NCBI RefSeq assembly: GCF_009914755.1
Contig: NC_060931.1
DNA length: 64,000 nt
Direction: 5' to 3' (one strand)
Source of the DNA: the human T2T-CHM13v2.0 reference genome, Homo sapiens
In this document: positions 56,301 to 64,000 of the stretch, piece after piece
Position numbering within the stretch: the stretch's first letter is position 1
Layout: every line of letters starts with the position of its first letter
Program-made: the position numbers and the translations under genes
The notes under the pieces: generated by a model
Database searches by the model: none
The model's input: the letters and a program-made list of their open reading frames with translations, nothing else
Told to the model about the DNA's origin: nothing

Positions 56301-56858
56301 CAGATAAAGATAGTACAAGAAAACTACAGACCAATGTTCCTTATAAATATAGATGTAAAAATCCTCCATAAAATACTAGCAAAACAAATTCAGCAGCATA
56401 TTAAAGAAATTATACACCATGACTAAGGTGGCATTTATTCCTGGAATCCAAAGATGGTTGAACATACAAAAAAAAAAAAATCAGTCTAATACAGCACAAC
56501 AGAATGAAGGATAAACACCACATCTTAATTGATGCACAAAAAGCATATCACAAAATTCAACACATTTTCATGACAAAAACACTCAATAAACTAGGAACAG
56601 AAGGCTACTATCTCAAAATAATAAAAGCTGTATCTGAAAAATCCCACAGTGAATAATATACTCAATGATGAAAGACAAAATACTTTTCTTTAAGATCAGG
56701 AACAAGACAAAGATTAAGATCAGGAACAAAAAGATTAAGATCAGGAACAAGACAAAGATGCCTGTGTTTGCCACTTCGTTTCAACATAGTACTGGAAGTA
56801 CTAGGCAGAGAAATTAGGAAAAGTGGAGGGAGGGGAGAAGAGGTAAGGGGAGAAGCAA

Positions 56859-56898
56859 GTGTGTGCGTGTGTGTACACACACACACACACACACACAC
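56859..56898. repeat. (GT)8-like tract directly followed by (AC)12, an inverted microsatellite
   Basis: gtgtgtgcgtgtgtgt|acacacac... Confidence 0.93.
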
Positions 56899-57315
56899 GA
56901 ATATTATTCAGCATTAAAAAGGAAGGAAATTCTCACATATGCTATAACACGGATAAAACCTGAGGGCATATCCACGTTAAGTGAGTAAGCCAGTCACAAA
57001 AAGGCAAATACTGTACAATTCCACCTACGTGAGGTACTTAAGAGTAGTCAAAATTATAGAGACAGAAAGCAGAATGATGGTTGCAGGGGTTGAGAGTGTG
57101 AGGAATGGAGAGAGTTGGTGTTTAATGAGTAGAGTTTCAGTTTTGGAAGATAAAAACAGTTCTGGAGACTCTGTACAACATCATGAATACATTTAATATC
57201 ACTGAACTATACACTTAAAAATAGTTGAGATACTAAATTTTATGTGTATTTTACAATAAAAAATCGAAAAAGAAATTCAATGGCTGTATCATTTAAATAG
57301 AATTGATCTACCTAC

Positions 57316-57415
57316 CCATAAAAAATTGTAGTGCAACATTGTCTACAAGAATGCTGTCCAGGGGGACTGTGCAAAGTTTCCCAAAGTTTGCTGCAAGTTT
57401 CACAGTATTTATTTC
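57316..57415 (-). CDS. SNX13: SNX13 coding exon ~12 (100 nt), start of RGS domain
   Basis: tgtag|GAA...ATGG|gtaggt; EINTVKLAANFGKLCTVPLDSILVDNVALQFFM. Confidence 0.95.
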
Positions 57416-58954
57416 CTACAGGCAAAAGTGAATATAAGTTAATATTTTATCTAATCATTCATTGTTAAAGATGTGTACATAAATATAAGGAAAAAAATCA
57501 AGCTAAAACGGAGTAAAGATGAAGTTTTTCCCTTCTCATGCATGTTGTTTCCCAATAGATATACATTGTGTGAATTTAAATTCCTAGTTAAGAGTTGCTT
57601 AGCAAATTAAAAATATTAACACATTAAAAATAATAGCATTCAACTGTTTCAATATAAAATAAATAGAAATCACTATATTTTCAATTATTCTCTATCTCTA
57701 TATATTCCAAATGAAAATGAACATTCCAAAGGCTAAAAGGGTGAAGGAAATGGTTAATATACGCAAGAATTTTAAAAACTCAACATTTTCATGTATAAAG
57801 TCTATTTACTACTAGGAAAACAAAATATGCCTAAAGAGTAATTTTGCTCCTAACTCAGTAAAATCTCTAATTATTAGATAAAATGTGTTTTTTTTCCAGA
57901 CTCTCTAAACAGTGAATTTCAGACATACTTTTCAAAGTCACAGAGCAAGGAAACAACCTACATATGAAAAAAAAAAAGGGAAAAATTGCGTCCAAAATTT
58001 AAAGAGCATCTACGTATCAGGCTTTGGGCTAGTTACATTACAGATATTACTTCATTTAATCCGCACAGCAATCCTGTTGGATATGTATCACCACGTCTAC
58101 TTAACAGACAAGGAAAACGAAGATGAAAAAGGTTGCCTATTAAGTCACAAAGCCGGTAAGTATGACTACATGTTTTCAAATGCTGCTGCCCTTTCCAATA
58201 AGAGCCATGATGTTTCCATGAATTATTTATTTTCACTGGCTTCTCTATATTCCCAAATTCATATTTCAGAACCCTCTATTTAAAAAAGAAAGATAGGCAG
58301 GTTTACTGTAAATGAAGTAGGCTGCCATATTCAGAGGCAGATACTAAATTAAGCATAGGTGGTAAATAAAGGAAAATGTAGAGAATTAAAAAAAAAAACA
58401 AATCCATCTCTATAATTTGTATTTTCCTTCATGTAAGTACTGAATAATAACAGCTAACTGACTTTAGATGTCTGGTAGAGAGCAATCTAGAGGCAGCACA
58501 TGATTCCTACTAAGTCTCCCTTCTTCAAATTGTATCACCTCTTTCTCCTGCCCAGCAGCGGCTCCACAGATACAGGATGGAAGGAAAATTCGCTGAGGAT
58601 AAAGGTTTCTAAGATTTCAAGATAAGTAACATGGCTATATAACTGCAAATCCGTGGGGATTCTGAGTTTACTTACAAAGGAAAACACTGTATGATCTGAG
58701 CTCATTAAAAAATAAAGCTTGTATTCAAAATGGAATTGACAGGCTTGCAAACAAAATATCTAAATTTTAAAAGGATTCAATATCAAAAAGTGCCTGGGTA
58801 AATACACTGAGTAATGACGCTGAAAGATCACTACCTCTGAGATCTAGATAAGGAAGTAGTTAAAGAAAAGCACAAGTGAAACCGTATCTTTCTTCTACGC
58901 TCATTTGCACGAGTATATAAACTAGTTTTAAAATAAAGTTAACCAAAACAAAGG

Positions 58955-58975
58955 TGCACACACACACACACACAC
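58955..58975. repeat. (CA)n microsatellite
   Basis: read directly. Confidence 0.9.
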
Positions 58976-59042
58976 GTAACAAATATGGGCCTCAAGTAAT
59001 GTTTCTTAAGTTATAATTCACCTAGAAAACTAAATTTAAGGG

Positions 59043-59215
<173 letters not shown>

Positions 59216-59439
59216 TAAAAATAATTCTTCTATTCCTTAAGGAGTTTAAATACACTGTAAAATTATAAGACCAGAGAGTCACAAATAAATTTTCAAAACA
59301 AAACCACAGCAAAAATGTGACCTCATTAAAAACCTAAGGGTATTTAAGAAATGCTTTTTCCTGCTTTAAAGCCCCAAATCTCTGCTCTCCTTTAGGGCAA
59401 AACTTCTCTAAAGAGCAACTATCGTTACTGTTTCTAATT

Positions 59440-61800
59440 TACCTCTTCCCATTCTCTCATGGACAAACTCCAATTAAGATTTTTCTCCACTACTCCACAA
59501 AAAATGCTCTCATCAGATCACCAATAATCCAGAAGGTAGGAAGTCCAATGGTCAATTCTCAGTCTTCATCTTTCTCCACGTTATCCTTTGATACACCTCT
59601 TCTTTCCCTTTTATAAACACTTTTAACATTTGGCTTCTGAGATATTATTAGGGACAGGGGGCACAAAATTCTAGGCAGAAAAGGGTGGTCCCTGGCGAAA
59701 CACCACCCCCTCAAGCCAAAAAGCCTGAGCCCACAGTCCTAAATGAGAATTTATATCCCTGTTTTCCTGCTCGAATGTTGCCTTTTCCTAAACCACCCAT
59801 GGCCGCACACCACCCCATCCTGTGCCTATAAAAAACCGAGACTCAGCTGGTAGCCGGGACTACGGCTGGACATTGGAGAGAAGCGGCTCAACTTCAGAGG
59901 GACAGCTTGATGGCATAACTTCGGAAAGAATCCAAATGGAGACAGCCGGACTTCAGGGGAAGATTACCTACCCGCCCCATTCCCCTTTTCAGCTCCCCTT
60001 CCCACTGAGAACCACTTTCATCGGCCATAAAGTCTCCAGCATTTACCATCTTTCAACTCATTCATGTGACTTCATTTTTCCTGGACGCCGAGTAAGAGCT
60101 CAGAAGCCACGAGTGTGCACACAAAAGGCTTTCACACTGGCCCTGTGCCCTCACTGATGAAGGGCAGCCGCCTCATGCAAAAAGGCAAATGGTCCACTGA
60201 GCTGTTAACCCTTAAGCCATCCACAGACAGCAGAGCTAAGAGAGCGCTGTAACACACCTTCTAGGGCTTTGGGAGTCACAGGCACCTCTGACTGGACAGC
60301 TGTAGGGCCTGAACAGAGTTTGCTCTTGCCAGTGCTAATGCATCGGCCAGTTCCTCCACCCACTCACCTGGGTGCTCCCTCTCGCGAGGGGTGGAATACA
60401 GTGGGTCCGAGTGAGTGGAGTTTGATCCCGCCAGTGCCGAAGTGGCAGGCTGGTTCCAGCACTCCTTCACTCAAGTTCCCACTGGCTTGCTCACGCGCTC
60501 CCCACCACAAAGAGTTGAGAACAGCAGGCTGAGCAGTAAACAAGACACCCCTGTTGCAAGTCCTGCGAAGGGGTCAGGGAAGTACCCTGCTTCAATATCA
60601 CATGCTCAGGTTTTCCTGCAATCTCACTGGCTATTTACTCTGTTTCTTTGGCTAGACTCTTTACTTTGTCTTAAACTCTGTTCACTGAAGTGTAGTAGGA
60701 CCAAGTCACCAGTGCATTCCTACTTACACACACTCTTTTAGATAACATCATCCAGGCTCTCAACATTAAACATCTGATAATTCTGAGGATTTACAAAATT
60801 CATCTCCATCACTAACTTTTCCTTAGAACTCAAGATTGCCAATTGGCATGTCTACTTGAATGTCAAACAGGGATCTCAAATTAAAATACCCAAAACTCAA
60901 TTCTCTTTTCTAAACTTCCTCCTCTCTCAGTGTTACCCAATTCAGTAAACAGCACCACTATTTATACAGTTGCTCAAACCAAAATACCCTGAAATTATCC
61001 TTGAGTTATTTTTTCTTTCTCACCCCATATTCACTCCATTAAGAAAATCCTATTAGCACTATATCCAGTCTCTAATCGCTTCTCACAACCTCCATAGACA
61101 TCTCTTATCTAGTTTTAAATCAGGAGTATTGCAAATAATCTCTCAGTTTCCATTCTTACCCCCATCATCTCACACTTTGTGTCTATTCTCCACAAAGAGT
61201 AAAGATAATAATTTTAACTTTTAGCTTGTAAGTCAGGTAATGTCACTTGTCAGGGCAAATCTCCAATTGATTTTCATCATAATTAGAATAAAATAAAATT
61301 CTTACTATGGCCACTAAGACCATATATGACCATATAAGATCTAACCCCCCGGTTCTTCTATGACTTCATTCCTAGCACAATAGCTCATTCATTCCATACC
61401 AACCACAACAACCTCCTCCAATTCACCAAGGACATTCTTACTTTAGTGCCCCTGCATTTGCTCTCATGACTGCCTCTAAGATAGATACTTCAAAGGCAAA
61501 CAAAAATACATCACAGGACTAACTGCCTCATGTTATTTAGATCTCACTATGATCAAGTGTCATCGAACCTCTTGGAACCTATCTAAACCAGTCCAAGACA
61601 TTCTCTATACGCTACTTTGCTTTATTACTGTTTTTTGCAGTAGATATCACCACCTGATATTACGCGTCAATTTGCTTATTGGTTTATTTCCTGACTCTGC
61701 AACTAAAATGTAAACTCCACGAAAAGAGTCTGTCTGCTTGGCTCTTCTAAAAAGTACCCAACTCACAAAACTGAATAAATGTAAGTTTTGAATAAACAAA
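59440..61800. mobile_element. L2 element split by the LTR at 59646-60594
   Basis: ccaatggtcaattctcagtcttcatc before the LTR; continues catgctcaggttttcctgcaatctcactgg...aaaatgtaaactccac after it. Confidence 0.7.
59646..60594 (+). mobile_element. Solo ERV1 LTR (LTR27/LTR28-like) inserted in an L2 element
   Basis: GC-rich 949-bp block ending ...ccctgcttCA, 4-bp TSD ATAT (59642-59645 / 60595-60598), TATA box at 59827-59834. Confidence 0.8.
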
Positions 61801-62067
61801 TGATACACAAGTAAATGTATAAATAAATCAAGGAATAAAATAAAATCTTCAATTACTTTAACATTTTTCAGGAAGCATTTTAGTTAACCTTTTTGGCATG
61901 TTTTAACAAATATTTATATCACATTGTAGAAGAGAAAACTCTTTTTAAAGTCCTCTTGTAAAGTGCTGCACTGGTAAACGTCCTGCTTTTTGTCCTTTAC
62001 TGTGCATTTTTAATCCCTATAGTATAGTATTTATAACTAAACGTTAATTCAAAACTACTTTACTTAC

Positions 62068-62156
62068 TTTGCCTGACTGCAATCGCTGTATTCTTGAGTC
62101 ACATACCTTCTTTACGAATAGTAAGCTATTTATTTGATTTTTGATAGTGTTGATAT
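62068..62156 (-). CDS. SNX13: SNX13 coding exon ~11 (89 nt)
   Basis: ttttag|AT...AAA|gtaagt; (D)INTIKNQINSLLFVKKVCDSRIQRLQSGK; phase matches neighbours. Confidence 0.95.
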
Positions 62157-62545
62157 CTAAAAGCAAAGAAATCATGAACTAGAAAGTGGTAGTGTTATTT
62201 ATGAAATACTTTAAACATGCACTTACTGTAATTTAACAAAATAACCAATAATACAGCAACTGTTTTAGTCAATAAAAGAAACCATCTGAAATCATACAGT
62301 GAAATTATTTAATTAAAAGTAAACCATGCCAATTACCTCCACTTTAGGGATAATTACAATAATCACATTCTCACATTCTGAAAATAATGCTTTTACTTTA
62401 ACTAAGCACATGTTAACCTAATAAGGAAGATTTAATTAAGGTGAAAACATTAATATCAGAAAATGACATTTAGGTAAATTAATCAAAGTTTTGAAGATAA
62501 AATAATACTTCAAAAAATATATCTTAAATTAAATACATTACTTAC

Positions 62546-62684
62546 CATCACCAGCTGTATCTAGAGATCTAAGATACTGTAATTCTTCTGCTGCCTTATC
62601 TCTGACTGCTTCTAGCTCTCCAATATTGTCACTCAATTTAATAATGTTCATAAAGGCCTCATAGTTGCAGTTAGAATCACGGAT
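62546..62684 (-). CDS. SNX13: SNX13 coding exon ~10 (139 nt), PXA-RGS linker
   Basis: ttttcag|ATC...GATG|gtaagt; translates IRDSNCNYEAFMNIIKLSDNIGELEAVRDKAAEELQYLRSLDTAGD, recognised as SNX13. Confidence 0.95.
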
Positions 62685-62859
62685 CTGAAAACAAGTTTAA
62701 GAAAAACAGGTGGGAGAGGAACTCACTTATGAAAAGGAAAACTGAATCTTGAGTGCCTACTATGTGCTAGGACAATTTGCTACATACTCAGTGCTTACAA
62801 CAAAAAGAAAAAAGTTCTATATTTGGGCACCTATTTTCCAATGGATCTTAGACTGCAAA

Positions 62860-63810
62860 TAAAATAAAGTATTATACAGCATGTTTGAAACTGTAGGAAT
62901 AGGAACATGCTCACAGTATTTGATGATAGCAACGAAGCCATGATGACTGGAACTAAACCAAAGACAAACTGAGCAAAAGATATGGTCAGCAGCAATGGAG
63001 GGCAAATCTTCTGTTATAGTACAAAGGTTTTAGCTTTCACTCTGAAGCAAGTCAGAAGTTATATTGGAAGGTTTAAACAGAAGAGTAACACTCTCTAACC
63101 TAAAATATAACACAACCACTGTGTTGTTGTATAAAAATAGAATAAAGGCAGAGCCAAAATCAGAAAAAAGGACCAGTTAATAAGACAAGTGAAATATAAT
63201 ATAGTCAGGGAGCAGGGTGGTGACAATGGTGGTGTGGTACAAAGTGTTTTATAGAATGTTTTCTGGTAAGACGGGTTTTGTAAAGACAATGCCAAAAGAA
63301 TTTGCTGATACATCAGACATGGCCGTGAAATAAAGAGAACATAGAACTACACTAACATCGTTGGCCTGACAACTGGAATAGTGGAGTTACCACTAAACAA
63401 GATGGAGAAAAAAATTAAGAGATGCAGCATTTGCCGGGCGGGGGGGGCGGGGAGTCGGGGAGGCAAAATATTATGAGGGTGTTTTTGGCAAAATTAAGTG
63501 TGAGATCCCATTAAATATAAAAATGGCCATTAGTATGCTTTTGAATATGATGGACAAGAGTTCAGAAAGGAAGACTACACAGAAATACGCATTTTAAAGT
63601 CACTGACATGGAGATGACACTTAAAACCATGAACATGGATGGGAATAATCAAGAGAATGAGGGTAGAGTGAAAAAAGAAGAGATCTAAGGACAGATACTC
63701 AGAAGATTTACTTACACAGCAAAAAGACTGAGAAAGGCCAAAAACGTAGGAAAAAAAATCAACAAACTTTGGTGTTCTAACAAGCCAAGTAAAGAAGTGT
63801 TTTAAAAAAG
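62860..63810. mobile_element. L2 fragment, opposite orientation to 59440-61800
   Basis: ttggaaggtttaaacagaagagtaac...gttggcctgacaactggaatagtggagttacc...aagccaagtaaagaagtgttt. Confidence 0.6.
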
Positions 63811-63818
63811 AAAATGAC

Positions 63819-64000
63819 GGCCAGGTGCAGTGCTTGTAATCGCAGCACTTTGGTAGGCCAAGGCGGGCGGATCACCTGAAGTCAGGAGTTCGAGACCAGC
63901 CTGGCCAACATGGTGAAACCCCGTCTCTACTAAAAATAGAAAAATTAGCTGGGCATGGTGGCAGGTGCCTGTAATCCCAGCTACTAGGAAGGTAAGGCGA
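63819..64000 (+). mobile_element. Alu (AluSx-like), cut by window end
   Basis: ggccaggtgcagtg...gatcacctgaagtcaggagttcgagaccagcctggccaacatggtgaaacc. Confidence 0.92.

Larger units (their letters stand above)
52510..57275 (+). mobile_element. Large ancient L1M (L1MB-like 3' end): 5' region, degraded ORF1, 5' half of ORF2, internal deletion, 3'UTR
   Basis: MTENFPNLKK..AQQSP (ORF1-like, 53795); EN/RT-like DNA 54790-56820; L1M-type 3'UTR 56900-57275. Confidence 0.8.

Noticed and set aside
52473-57282. AAATTCAAT as TSD of the old L1M
   Set aside because: Short, AT-rich and offset ~25 nt from the apparent 5' end; could be chance.
58481-58500. CTCF-like motif gcaatctagaggcagcac
   Set aside because: Misses key core positions; cannot be supported from sequence.
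59822-60741. Cluster of 64-111 aa ORFs
   Set aside because: Inside a GC-rich solo LTR; no retroviral protein motifs.

Overview
Primate (human-like), AT-rich genomic DNA holding the 3' ~70% of the coding sequence of SNX13 (sorting nexin 13 / RGS-PX1) on the minus strand. I traced 17 coding exons by hand, from 62684 down to the TGA at 5782-5784. All have GT-AG junctions in consistent phase and give 2037 nt = 678 aa + stop, running from just after the PXA domain through RGS and PX to the C-terminal nexin (PXC) domain. An alternative acceptor adds 11 aa, and the ~3.3 kb 3'UTR ends near an AATAAA at 2511-2516. Exon numbers (10-26) assume the 26-exon structure I recall. Introns hold a full-length dead L1PA7-like LINE-1 with TSDs, a large old L1M, ten Alus, solo LTRs (two MER68-like, one MLT1B-like, one LTR27/28-like), DNA transposon relics (MER20, MER5, Tigger3a, MADE1), MIR/L2 fragments and microsatellites. 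Repeat subfamily names come from remembered consensus sequences, not from a search. I found no new gene system. The best leads are (1) an L1 'gene-breaking' layout that falls at the end of the PX domain, just before an exon that begins with ATG, and (2) a candidate in-frame 66-nt cassette exon. Other leads are splicing-architecture oddities and non-B DNA motifs.
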